Shown here: one piece after another, positions 1 to 9,341 of the stretch
Numbering within the stretch: position 1 is the stretch's first letter
Layout: each line of letters begins with the position of its first letter
Source: Candidatus Falkowbacteria bacterium
Lineage (GTDB): Bacteria > Patescibacteriota > Patescibacteriia > XYB2-FULL-38-15
NCBI GenBank assembly: GCA_016214745.1
Contig: JACRNW010000016.1
Location: 591 to 64,590, forward strand
Length of the DNA: 64,000 bases
Direction of reading: 5' to 3'
Notes under the pieces: generated by a model
What the model was told of the DNA's origin: nothing
What the model saw: only the letters and a program-made list of their open reading frames with translations
Databases searched by the model: none
Program-made: the position numbers and the translations under genes

Positions 1-210
1 CAAGAGAGTTCTCAAAAAATCCAAAGCTCCGGCATGAGTTTGTTAACGGAAAAAATCCTAAAAGAATTTCCCGGCGGGGAGATCAAAAAAGTTAAACCAA
101 AACAAGATGGCAGTTATGATATTGATTTGATGTATAACGGAGTAAGTTATAAAATAAAAACAGATTCTACTGGAAATATCGTAAAGAAGGAAATTAAGAG
201 GGAAGATTAA
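1..210 (+). CDS. 3' end of a protein with a PepSY-like small domain (5'-truncated by window edge)
   Basis: Frame 1 is open from base 1 to TAA 208-210: ...KILKEFPGGEIKKVKPKQDGSYDIDLMYNGVSYKIKTDSTGNIVKKE. The pattern resembles PepSY. Confidence 0.5.
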   Translation, partial: QESSQKIQSSGMSLLTEKILKEFPGGEIKKVKPKQDGSYDIDLMYNGVSYKIKTDSTGNIVKKEIKRED

Positions 211-542
211 AAATCGGCTCAGCCACAAAGCGGGCGGGCAAAAATGAAGGGGGTTGGGGGGAAGGAATTTTTGCCCGCCCGCCGAAGCGAAACCCCGCCG
301 CCCTGCTCGTTTGGAGCAGAACCCAGCAAAAAAGTTTTCTTTTCCTTTTAGAAGAAAAAGTCGGGCGCGCGCAAATCAAAAAATGCGAACAAAACTTTTC
401 TGCGGTGTGGCGAGCGTTAGCGAGCGGCGGCGGGGCGGAGCGTCAGTTTCGCTCAAAAAAGGTTCGCGCAAAGTGTATAATTACAGCATTTGTAAACTAT
501 AAGATTTTAAAAAACAGAAACCTAAAATTTCTGTTTTTTTGT

Positions 543-571
543 TTGCTTTTTAATCTTATTTATTTTAAGAT
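543..571 (+). promoter_or_regulatory. sigma70-like promoter of the GC-rich pyrF-pyrE cassette
   Basis: TTGCTT-17 bp-TAAGAT, followed by SD AGGGAGG and ATG 595. Confidence 0.5.
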
Positions 572-594
572 ATGGCCAGAAAGGGAGGATAAAA

Positions 595-822
595 ATGACG
601 GAAACCTACCTGACCTTTGGAAAACTCCGAGGAGGTGATAGGTTCATTGTACTTCCTCACAAGGGCTTCTGCTTCCGCTTGCACGGCGACTACGTGAAGG
701 CGAGCTACCTCTTCATGAAACTTGAAGGGCGGCTCGGGCGACGGCGCGCCAACGCCATCCGCCTCCGCAACGGCAGGACCTGCGTGATCCCGAACTTCGC
801 GCCCGTTATCCGGATCAGATAG
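595..822 (+). CDS. small basic hypothetical protein (first gene of GC-rich operon)
   Basis: 75-aa ORF with strong SD (AGGGAGG) and GC-rich codon usage like the downstream pyrF. Confidence 0.6.
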   Translation: MTETYLTFGKLRGGDRFIVLPHKGFCFRLHGDYVKASYLFMKLEGRLGRRRANAIRLRNGRTCVIPNFAPVIRIR

Positions 823-853
823 CGGCCAAGGCCGCGAAGAAAGGAAGGAAGAG

Positions 854-1750
854 ATGGGAGAACGGAACTTTCGTGAAATGCTCGAGGCCAAGTGGGCCGA
901 AGGCAAGTTCGTCTGCGTCGGACTCGACACCGAACTCGGGAAGATTCCTGAGTGCGCACGCGTGAGCGGCGGCAGCTGGGAGCAGATCGTCCACTACAAC
1001 ATGGTGATCGTCCACGTGACCCGAGACCTCGTGTGCGCCTACAAGCCCAACTTCGCCTTCTACTTGAGGCACGGCGAAGAGGGGCTGCGCGCGCTCCACC
1101 AGACCATCGGCCAGATCCACAGCGTCGCGCCCGACGTTCCGGTGATTCTGGACGCCAAGGTTGGGGACATCGGCAACACGAACGTCGGATACGTGCAGAT
1201 GGCCTTCGACAGTTTCCGCGGGGAAGCGGACGCCATCACGGTCCATCCGTACCTCGGCGCCGAAGCGCTCGCGCCGTTCCTCGAGCTCGCCAACAAGGGC
1301 GTCGTCGTTCTCTGCCGCACCTCGAATCAGGGTGCGGGCGAATTCCAGGACCTGCCGATTTCGCTGGCCGAGCAACGCCGTGCTCTCGAGAAGCACCTCG
1401 GCCGCGAGATTCCCGAAGGGTCCATCCCACTCTACCAGTACGTGGCCTACCGCGTGGCCGCCCACTGGAACAAGCGCGGCAACTGCGCGGTAGTCGTCGG
1501 CGCGACCTACCCCGAAGAACTCGGGAAGGTCCGAGAGATGGTCCGCGACCTGCCGATCTTGATCCCGGGCATCGGCGCGCAGGGCGGCGACGTCGAGAAG
1601 ACGGTCCGGGCTGGCAAGGACAGCCGCAGCCGGGGAATGATTGTGAATTCCTCGCGCGGCATCATCTTCGCTTCGCCTCTTTCGGACTGGCCGGAAGCGG
1701 CTCGCCGCGAGGCGCAGAAGCTCCACGACGCGATCAACCAGAACCGGTAG
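854..1750 (+). CDS. pyrF: orotidine-5'-phosphate decarboxylase
   Basis: Motifs VCVGLD, YKPNFAFY, ILDAKVGDIGNT, VVGATYP, LIPGIGAQGG, NSSRGIIFA. Confidence 0.95.
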   Translation: MGERNFREMLEAKWAEGKFVCVGLDTELGKIPECARVSGGSWEQIVHYNMVIVHVTRDLVCAYKPNFAFYLRHGEEGLRALHQTIGQIHSVAPDVPVILDAKVGDIGNTNVGYVQMAFDSFRGEADAITVHPYLGAEALAPFLELANKGVVVLCRTSNQGAGEFQDLPISLAEQRRALEKHLGREIPEGSIPLYQYVAYRVAAHWNKRGNCAVVVGATYPEELGKVREMVRDLPILIPGIGAQGGDVEKTVRAGKDSRSRGMIVNSSRGIIFASPLSDWPEAARREAQKLHDAINQNR

Positions 1751-1763
1751 AAGGAGGAAAACC

Positions 1764-2387
1764 ATGAACGGACAAGAAGCCCTGGAAATCTTCAAGCGGA
1801 CCGGCGCGCTGCTCGATGGCCATTTCGTCTTGGCCTCTGGCCGACACAGCAGCCAGTACATGAACAAGGACGCCGCCTACTCTTTCCCCGACCAGATCTC
1901 ACTCCTCTGTTGGGGCATTGCTCTGGCTTTCGTCGATCGGCAGATCGACGTGGTCGCCGGACCGGAGAAGGGCGGCATCATCCTCTCGCAGTGGGTCGCT
2001 CACCACCTGATCGAGTCGGCCGGCCAGAAGATGCGGGCGGTCTATGCCGAGAAGGACGGTGATGGTTTCGTCTTCCGGCGCGGCTACGACAAGCTCGTGG
2101 CCGGCAAGCGCGTTCTTCTCGTGGAGGACGTGATCACGACCGGCGGCTCCATCAAGAAGGTCATCCAGGCGGTGCGGACGCTGAACGGCAACCCGATCGG
2201 CCTTGGCGCGCTCTGCAACCGTGGAGGAGTGGATGCCGAAGCACTCGGTATCCATGATTTCCACGCACTGGCCAACCCCACTTTCCTGACTTGGGGTGCC
2301 GACGACTGCCCGCTCTGCAAGCAAGACGTGCCGGTGAACACGGAGGTCGGCAAGGGCCGCGAGTTCCTGGCCCGACAGGGTCGGTAG
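1764..2387 (+). CDS. pyrE: orotate phosphoribosyltransferase
   Basis: GHFVLASGRHS motif, PRPP-binding VLLVEDVITTGGS, C-terminal CPLC; SD AAGGAGG. Confidence 0.95.
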   Translation: MNGQEALEIFKRTGALLDGHFVLASGRHSSQYMNKDAAYSFPDQISLLCWGIALAFVDRQIDVVAGPEKGGIILSQWVAHHLIESAGQKMRAVYAEKDGDGFVFRRGYDKLVAGKRVLLVEDVITTGGSIKKVIQAVRTLNGNPIGLGALCNRGGVDAEALGIHDFHALANPTFLTWGADDCPLCKQDVPVNTEVGKGREFLARQGR

Positions 2388-2421
2388 TCGCAATCGCAGT
2401 CGCTACACATCAAGGAGGGAA

Positions 2422-2455
2422 CGGCGTGGACCACAAAGACCACGCCGCTTTTTTT
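2422..2455 (+). terminator. intrinsic terminator of pyrF-pyrE cassette
   Basis: CGGCGTGG...CCACGCCG stem followed by T-tract. Confidence 0.75.
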
Positions 2456-2532
2456 ACCCCCACACCAATTAAAGTAGTTAAAAAATAACAAAAAATATTT
2501 ATAAGTACGCTTCGATTAATTGGTGTGGGGGT
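2456..2532. repeat. inverted-repeat element (ACCCCCACACCAATTAA / TTAATTGGTGTGGGGGT)
   Basis: Perfect 17-bp IR around an AT-rich spacer; related arms at 53668-53784. Confidence 0.7.
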
Positions 2533-2588
2533 GAATTGCCAAAAAAATAAAAATAAGTTAAGATTGGGTAAGAAATAACCTGTCTTTT

Positions 2589-3611
2589 ATGGACGAAGAA
2601 CGACTCATCACACCAAAAGAACAAAATGAGGACCAAGTGTTTGATATGACACTTCGGCCCAAGGTTTTGGCTGAATATATCGGCCAGGAACAGATTAAAA
2701 AAAATCTGGAAATTTTTATTTCCGCGGCAAAGAAAAGAAAAGAACCTATTGAACATGTTTTGCTTTACGGCTGTCCGGGTCTTGGAAAAACTACCCTCGC
2801 TCACGTCATCTCAAATGAAATGGGCGCCCAAATCCGTATCACTTCCGGTCCGGCGATTGAACGCGCCGGCGACCTCGCGGCGATTCTCACAAACCTCGGC
2901 GAAGGTGATATCTTATTTATTGATGAAATCCATCGCTTAAATAAAGTAATTGAAGAAGTTTTATATCCGGCTATGGAAGAGTACGCCCTAGATTTGGTTA
3001 TTGGCAAAGGGCCCGGCGCGAGAACGGTCCGTCTGGACTTGCCGCGTTTCACGATTATCGGCGCCACGACAAAAGTCAGTATGATTTCCTCGCCGCTCCG
3101 CGATCGCTTTGGCGCGACCTATCATTTAAATTTTTATGAAGACGCGGATATCGGAAAAATTATTAACCGCAGCGCCAAAATTTTAAACATTAAAATTGAT
3201 AATGGCGCCGTGGAACTTTTAGCCAGCCGCGCCCGCAAAACTCCTCGCGTCGCAAACCGCATTTTGAAACGCGTCCGCGATTACGCCGAAGTCAAGGCAA
3301 ATGGTATAATAACAATGGAACTGGCCGAAGTTGCGCTCAAAAATTTAGGCGTTGACCAATTCGGCTTGGATCAAATTGATCGCCGGATTCTTGAATCAAT
3401 TATTAAAAAATTTCAGGGCGGTCCGGTCGGTTTGAACACGCTCTCCGCCGCGACCGGCGAAGAACAAGCCACGATTGAAGAAGTCTACGAACCATATCTC
3501 TTACAACTTGGATTTATAAACCGCACGCCGCGCGGCCGGGTCGCCACTGAAACGGCGTATAAACATCTGGGCATTGATATCCCAAAAAATTTACAAGAAA
3601 AACTTGTCTAA
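2589..3611 (+). CDS. ruvB: Holliday junction branch migration helicase RuvB
   Basis: LRPK..EYIGQ, Walker [38 protein letters not shown]. Confidence 0.97.
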   Translation: MDEERLITPKEQNEDQVFDMTLRPKVLAEYIGQEQIKKNLEIFISAAKKRKEPIEHVLLYGCPGLGKTTLAHVISNEMGAQIRITSGPAIERAGDLAAILTNLGEGDILFIDEIHRLNKVIEEVLYPAMEEYALDLVIGKGPGARTVRLDLPRFTIIGATTKVSMISSPLRDRFGATYHLNFYEDADIGKIINRSAKILNIKIDNGAVELLASRARKTPRVANRILKRVRDYAEVKANGIITMELAEVALKNLGVDQFGLDQIDRRILESIIKKFQGGPVGLNTLSAATGEEQATIEEVYEPYLLQLGFINRTPRGRVATETAYKHLGIDIPKNLQEKLV

Positions 3612-3617
3612 ATTTCT

Positions 3618-3848
3618 ATGACTCTTTCCGTTTTTCTCATCGTCTACTACATTTTCCTTGCTCTTTTTATCCTATTTTCTCTTTTCGCAATTTATCATTT
3701 GGTACGCTTTATCCCGCCAAGTTCTGCCGCTTTTTTCACTTTATATATTTTTTTGGCGGGCGCGGCCATAATTATTTTTGCTACCTGGCAGGGAATCCAA
3801 CTTATTGATTGGACCCAGACATTTTTCACTTTGAATTTTTCTTTATGA
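3618..3848 (+). CDS. small membrane protein (2 TM)
   Basis: 76-aa hydrophobic ORF directly after ruvB. Confidence 0.7.
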   Translation: MTLSVFLIVYYIFLALFILFSLFAIYHLVRFIPPSSAAFFTLYIFLAGAAIIIFATWQGIQLIDWTQTFFTLNFSL

Positions 3849-4411
3849 GCATTTATCTAAAAAGGTTTATCTCTCAAAAACCTTACGAAAAAATAATTTA
3901 TTTTTTACGGCGAGACACGATTGTTTTTATAAAACAACTGGTTCTTTTTATTTTTCTCCTGGCAATTCCTGTCGGCCTTTATTTCTTTTTTAAAAATACC
4001 TTTCCGTCGCTTTTACAAAGTACAATTTTTTATCCGCTGCTCATGCTTCTCGCGAGCATTTATTATTTAACTGTTTGGCTCGTGGCCTTTACCGCTTTTA
4101 TTGATTACTATTTGGATTTTTGGGTTGTCACAAACGACAGAATAATAAATGTGGAACAGCGCCTCTTCTCCCGAACAATTTCGGAACTTGATTTATTTAA
4201 AATTCAAGATGTTACGGGCCAAAGCAAGGGTTTTTTAGAAACAATGTTTGATTATGGAAATGTTTATGTTCAAACCGCCGGAGCAACTGGACGTTTTAAT
4301 TTTGAAGAAGTGCCAAACCCGCGCGAAGTAGCCAGCAAAATCATCGTCTTGGCGGAAGAAGATCGAAAATATCACTTGAAAGAATCAAACAGTACTGGCG
4401 GAACGGTTTAA
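3845..4411 (+). CDS. membrane protein with bacterial PH (bPH_2-like) domain
   Basis: Two TM helices, then VVTNDRII...IQDVT...FDYGNVYVQTAG; ATG 3845 overlaps the previous stop. Confidence 0.75.
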   Translation: MSIYLKRFISQKPYEKIIYFLRRDTIVFIKQLVLFIFLLAIPVGLYFFFKNTFPSLLQSTIFYPLLMLLASIYYLTVWLVAFTAFIDYYLDFWVVTNDRIINVEQRLFSRTISELDLFKIQDVTGQSKGFLETMFDYGNVYVQTAGATGRFNFEEVPNPREVASKIIVLAEEDRKYHLKESNSTGGTV

Positions 4412-4424
4412 AAAATAAATTTAA

Positions 4425-4456
4425 TAAAACACTCCGGTTTAATCGGAGTGTTTTTA
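4425..4456. terminator. bidirectional intrinsic terminator
   Basis: AAAACACTCCG-loop-CGGAGTGTTTT between convergent genes. Confidence 0.8.
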
Positions 4457-4479
4457 TTTATGTCTTGGTAATTTATAAA

Positions 4480-6306
4480 TTAATAAATTGTCTTCACTTC
4501 CACGCCAGTATAATAATGTTTTAAAATCTGCTCATATGTACTGCCGTTCAAAGCCATGCCGCGCGCCCCGCGAGCCGAGAGTCCGACGCCGTGGCCAAAG
4601 AGACTAAGTCCGGCACAATTCGGATCTGGGCGCGAAACGAGCCACGCTTTCCCCGTTCCCCACCAAACTTCTTCCCAGGCTCTTGTCCGTCCGTCACTTT
4701 GAGAAAAATACGGCGTGACTACCACTTCGCCATTGTAAGTCACCATCAATCCGCGAGTATCTTCCACGGCTTTCACAAAATTTGGCAAACGAATTTCAGA
4801 ATTGTAACCACGATAAACCTGATCATAAGAACTGGCGTTTAAATGAAAATTTCCCGCCGGGTGTTTGCCGCCAACATTTAAATTATATTGAGCATAAGTG
4901 CGGGCGGCGATGGCCAACGCTCGATGATATTCGGCCGGATTATTATTTGATGATTCAGCCAAACCCTTTAAATATGTTTCAAGCGGCAATTCATTAATCA
5001 TATAAAGTTTTGCCCGATCTTCGCTCCAGCGTAATTCCAAATTGCCGCGAAATTTATTGTCATTTAAAGATGTGTTCCAGGCCGGCCGATCTTCAAAACT
5101 TGTAATTTCAAAAATCGTATTTAAATCCGGCGGAATAAATTTAAGGTAAGAAAGATTGTCTCTAATTCCGCCATTCAAAGACGCCGAATAAGTTTTTGCC
5201 GTAAAATTGAAAGCAACGGTTGCCGTTACTCCGCCCGGAACGGAAAAAATTAAATTATTTTCAGCATCACGAACTTCAAAAGCGGTGTTGGCGCGAAGAG
5301 TTTCCGCGGTCGTGGTGTTATAAAGACCAACGCGGATGGTCGGTTCGGGAACTGCGGGTGTTGGCGCAATAATCGGCGTTTCAACCGTCCCGGAAATTTT
5401 TATTGGCAGAGAAACTTCTCCGCCAGTGATTGCCTTGTCATTATTCATCAAAACAAAAGTTGGGCTATAATCGCCGCCTAAATTTCCCGCGAGAGAAAAA
5501 CTAAAATATCCTATCTGGCCGGGCAAAGTCGCGGATGAAACGGCCGCCGGACAATTGATCGCAAGCCAATTCGTGTCGCGGAAAGGTTCGGTCGCGGTTG
5601 TTCCTCCGACGCAAATCTTTACCAAATTGGCGCCACTTATCTCCCAGGCCGTCTGGCCTATATTTTTAAAACCAACAGTAAAATTAGTTTTAGCGCCGCC
5701 CGCTAATGCGACCGCCTGGCTGCTTTGAATTAATTTTGTAGCTCCGAAACTTTCCGCCGCAGCCGTGACGGTGCTCGTTGGGCTGCTCGCGACCGGAGCT
5801 TGCGTGGAAACTGTTCCGTTTGTCACGTTAACCGGCAAATCAATCACACCGCCCGGAATCCAAGTCAAATTTTCCGCCGCCAATTTTAATTTAATTGTAT
5901 AAAATCCCAAAAGTTCCGGCGCCTTGAGCGCAAAACGAAGATGCGCCGTGCCGCCGGGTAAAACTTTCGTTTCCAACATTTTTGCCGGCTGTTCAATCGT
6001 ATACCAGTAAGGATGATATAATTGCCGACCGGCGCTATCCACATAAAGAGAAATATAATTGCTGTCGGAATTATACCAAGTCGCTGTTCCGGTATTTTTA
6101 AAAACCGCTTCAAAAGTTATCGCCTTGCCCGGAGCCAAAGTAAGCGAACCAAAACTCTGAGAAATTTTTTGCGCCGTATATCCCGCTACAGTTGCCTCTG
6201 CTTTTCCGGGGACAAAACCAAAAACAAAAGCCAGGATCGCCACCAACGCAAATCCTGACAAAAATTTTTGGAAAATAAATTTTCTTTTTTTGCTAATTTC
6301 CATCAC
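4480..6306 (-). CDS. secreted SpoIID/LytB-domain protein (lytic transglycosylase-like) with N-terminal Ig-like repeats
   Basis: Signal peptide; two FKNTG..W Ig-like repeats; INELPLETYLKGLAE, AIAARTY, QVYRGY, GHGVGLSARGA, ILKHYY. Confidence 0.85.
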   Translation of the reverse strand: MMEISKKRKFIFQKFLSGFALVAILAFVFGFVPGKAEATVAGYTAQKISQSFGSLTLAPGKAITFEAVFKNTGTATWYNSDSNYISLYVDSAGRQLYHPYWYTIEQPAKMLETKVLPGGTAHLRFALKAPELLGFYTIKLKLAAENLTWIPGGVIDLPVNVTNGTVSTQAPVASSPTSTVTAAAESFGATKLIQSSQAVALAGGAKTNFTVGFKNIGQTAWEISGANLVKICVGGTTATEPFRDTNWLAINCPAAVSSATLPGQIGYFSFSLAGNLGGDYSPTFVLMNNDKAITGGEVSLPIKISGTVETPIIAPTPAVPEPTIRVGLYNTTTAETLRANTAFEVRDAENNLIFSVPGGVTATVAFNFTAKTYSASLNGGIRDNLSYLKFIPPDLNTIFEITSFEDRPAWNTSLNDNKFRGNLELRWSEDRAKLYMINELPLETYLKGLAESSNNNPAEYHRALAIAARTYAQYNLNVGGKHPAGNFHLNASSYDQVYRGYNSEIRLPNFVKAVEDTRGLMVTYNGEVVVTPYFSQSDGRTRAWEEVWWGTGKAWLVSRPDPNCAGLSLFGHGVGLSARGARGMALNGSTYEQILKHYYTGVEVKTIY

Positions 6307-6477
6307 AATCTTTATAAATATTATATATTTATTATATCAAAAAATTACTAATAGGTCAATTTGCTTCTCCTACTATTATAGACGAACATTACGACGAAAA
6401 ATTACAAGCTATCACGCGAAGTTTTAAAGTGATATAATAAATTAATTTGCAATCTTAAATCTCAAATCTTAAATCCG

Positions 6478-7896
6478 ATGTCCCTTACCCGCCAAGTGGC
6501 GCACAATATGATTTATCAAGTCGGTGGAAAAATTACTTCCACGATTTTTGGCATCCTGGCTTTAGCCATGATGACAAGATATTTGGGCCAAGACGGCTAC
6601 GGCGGCTACACAACCATTATTTCTTTTTTACAATTTTTCGGAATTTTAGTTGACTTCGGCCTGACCTTGACCACGGTGCAAATGATTTCCGAGCCAAACG
6701 CCGACACGGACAAAATCACGAGCAATATTTTCACTCTCAGATTTTTTTCGGCTTTAATTTTTTTGGGCCTCGCGCCGCTCGTCGTTCTCTTTTTCCCCTA
6801 CGGCACAACTCTAAAAATTGGCGTGGCTATTACTACTTTTTCTTTTCTCTTTGTCTCCCTAAATCAAGTTTTAATCGGCCTTTTTCAAAAAAATCTTCGC
6901 ATGGAAAAAGTGGCCATTGCGGAAAATATCGGCCGAATCGTACTCGTCGCCGGAATCGCCGCAGTTATTTTTTTAAAAGCCGGTTTGATCGCCATACTGC
7001 TGGCCGTAATTCTCGGCAGTTTTGCAAATTTTTTGATTAATTTTATTTTTTCTTTAAAATACGTCCGCATCAGATTTGTTTTTGACTGGCCAATCTGGAA
7101 AGAAATTTATCGCCGCTCCTGGCCGATTGGTCTTTCCATCGCCTTTAACCTTATATATCTGAAGGCCGACGTGATTGCCCTGTCGCTTTTTCAAAGCCAA
7201 GCCGCCGTCGGTCTTTACGGCGCTTCTTACAGAGTTTTAGATGTTTTGACAACTCTGCCCATGATGTTCGCCGGACTCATTTTGCCGGTTCTTACCGCGG
7301 CCTGGGCGGAAAAAAATCTGGAGAGATTTGAACGGCTCATCAAAAAATCTTTTGATTTTTTAATGATGGTAATTGTGCCGATAATTTTCGGAACTATGCT
7401 TTTGGGCGAACGGATTATGAGCGCCGTGGCCGGGCGTGATTTCAGTCTTTCCGGAACGATTTTAAAAATTCTAATTTTGGCGGCCGGCGCGATTTTCGTC
7501 GGGACGCTCTTCGGCCATGTTATTGTCGCCGTCAAAAAACAAAAACAGATGATTTGGGGTTACGCCTCGGTCGCTGTTCTGTCTTTGGCCGCCTACGTTA
7601 TTTTTATTCCGCGCTACACTTTTTGGGCCGCGGCCTGGATCACGGTTTTTTCTGAGGGAGCAATCGCCCTTCTGACGTTTTTTGTCGTTTGGAAAAATAC
7701 CCGCCTCATTCCTTCGGGCAAAGTTTTATGGAAATCAATTCTCGCAAGTATTCTGATGTGCGCAGTTATTTATTTTTTGATTGGCATGAATCTTTTATTT
7801 TTAATTTTTTTAGGTGCCGCCGTTTATTTTGCCGCCCTCTACTTACTTCGCGGATTTAATAAAGAAACTGTTATGGAAATTATCAAATTAAAATAA
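6478..7896 (+). CDS. polysaccharide flippase (Wzx/MOP family)
   Basis: About 14 TM; RYLG..GYG, DFGL, VGLYGASYR motifs. Confidence 0.85.
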   Translation: MSLTRQVAHNMIYQVGGKITSTIFGILALAMMTRYLGQDGYGGYTTIISFLQFFGILVDFGLTLTTVQMISEPNADTDKITSNIFTLRFFSALIFLGLAPLVVLFFPYGTTLKIGVAITTFSFLFVSLNQVLIGLFQKNLRMEKVAIAENIGRIVLVAGIAAVIFLKAGLIAILLAVILGSFANFLINFIFSLKYVRIRFVFDWPIWKEIYRRSWPIGLSIAFNLIYLKADVIALSLFQSQAAVGLYGASYRVLDVLTTLPMMFAGLILPVLTAAWAEKNLERFERLIKKSFDFLMMVIVPIIFGTMLLGERIMSAVAGRDFSLSGTILKILILAAGAIFVGTLFGHVIVAVKKQKQMIWGYASVAVLSLAAYVIFIPRYTFWAAAWITVFSEGAIALLTFFVVWKNTRLIPSGKVLWKSILASILMCAVIYFLIGMNLLFLIFLGAAVYFAALYLLRGFNKETVMEIIKLK

Positions 7897-7898
7897 TT

Positions 7899-9209
7899 AT
7901 GGTTTGGACGATTTTGTTAATTTTATTTTTTTTCGCTTACGCCTACTTCGCTTGGCGTAATATTTTTTGGGCAACCGCGACGATTTGCGCTCTTCTGCCG
8001 GCGTATCTAATCAGGTTCTCGCTCGGCCCAATGCCCATGACCGCCCTTGAGATGATGATTCTAATTCTTTTTGCGGTTTGGTTTATAAAATTAAAATTCC
8101 GAAAAGAAAAGTTAAACAATCCAATAAAAATTTTAGAAAATAAAAAATGGACTTGGCCAATTCTTGCCTGGCTTTCCTTCGCCATAATTTCAATGCTTAT
8201 TTCGCCGGATTTACGCGCCGCCGCAGGCATCTTCAAAGCTTATTTTTTTGAACCGCTTCTTTTTCTGCTCGTTCTTTTGAGTGTGGTTAAAACAAAAAAG
8301 GATTTGGAAATATTTTTTTATGCTTTGGGTTTTTCCGCGCTCTATATTTCCGCTTTTGCCATTTACCAAAAATTCACCGGTTTCGCCATCCCAAACCCAA
8401 TCTGGCAGGCGGCAGAAACCCGCCGCGTTACGAGTTTTTACGGCTATCCAAACGCGATCGGACTTTATCTCGCGCCGATTGTCATACTTTACGCAGGACT
8501 GTTAATTTCTAATATCCAATATCTAATATCAAAAATCAAAAAAGTAACCGCCAGATATTGGCTATTGGATATTGGCTATTTGCTGTTGGTTATTGCCGCT
8601 TCAACGGCATCCATCATCTTCGCCCGTTCCGAGGGCGCTTATGTCGGAATCTTGGCCGGTTTATTTTTTCTGGGGCTTATGACAAAAAAATTGCGTTGGC
8701 CGACGGTTGCGCTCGCGCTTATTTTTGTCACAGTCATCGCGCTCGTGCCGCAATTTAGACATTACGCCGTGGAACAGATAACTTTTAAAAATGATTCCGG
8801 CAAAGTCCGTCAAATTATGTGGCGCGAAACTTGGCAAATGCTCCGCGACCGGCTTTTTTCCGGAGCGGGATCAGCCGGCTATCAGGAAACTTTTGCACCA
8901 TATCACAAAGCCAAATACATTGAAATTTATCTTTATCCCCATAATTTATTTTTAAATTTTTGGACTGAAATGGGTTTGGGCGGTTTGATTGTTTTTTTAC
9001 TTATTACTATAAAATTTTTCAAAGACACCATAAAAAAATTTCTCGCCACTCGCCAGCCGTTATTTATTACTCTCTCTGCTGTCATGATTACAATTCTTGT
9101 CCATGGTCTGGTAGATGTCCCGTATTTTAAAAATGATTTGGCAATTTTATTTTGGCTTATTATTGGCCTATCTCTTTTTGAATTAAAAAAAATACCAAAA
9201 AATATCTAA
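7899..9209 (+). CDS. O-antigen ligase / Wzy-like membrane protein
   Basis: R..SFYGYPN, SEGAYVG, R..MW, PHNLFLNFWTEMGLGGL, HGLVD. Confidence 0.85.
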   Translation: MVWTILLILFFFAYAYFAWRNIFWATATICALLPAYLIRFSLGPMPMTALEMMILILFAVWFIKLKFRKEKLNNPIKILENKKWTWPILAWLSFAIISMLISPDLRAAAGIFKAYFFEPLLFLLVLLSVVKTKKDLEIFFYALGFSALYISAFAIYQKFTGFAIPNPIWQAAETRRVTSFYGYPNAIGLYLAPIVILYAGLLISNIQYLISKIKKVTARYWLLDIGYLLLVIAASTASIIFARSEGAYVGILAGLFFLGLMTKKLRWPTVALALIFVTVIALVPQFRHYAVEQITFKNDSGKVRQIMWRETWQMLRDRLFSGAGSAGYQETFAPYHKAKYIEIYLYPHNLFLNFWTEMGLGGLIVFLLITIKFFKDTIKKFLATRQPLFITLSAVMITILVHGLVDVPYFKNDLAILFWLIIGLSLFELKKIPKNI

Positions 9210-9260
9210 AAATTACAGACAAGTTCGCCTCCCAAAACGGGGGGCTTTTTAAATATGGGG

Positions 9261-9289
9261 TTGACATTTCTTGAAATTTATGTAAGAAT
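9261..9289 (+). promoter_or_regulatory. sigma70-like promoter of GC-rich lipoprotein gene
   Basis: TTGACA-17 bp-AAGAAT with upstream TG. Confidence 0.55.
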
Positions 9290-9341
9290 AAAGTGTTTGG
9301 TTCGTTTGCACCCCAAGAGAGGGGTGAAAGGAAGGATATAG

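Noticed and set aside
815-1867. Long antisense and alternate-frame ORFs over pyrF (350 aa minus, 271 aa plus)
   Set aside because: Shadow ORFs caused by high GC; the pyrF frame has all the catalytic motifs
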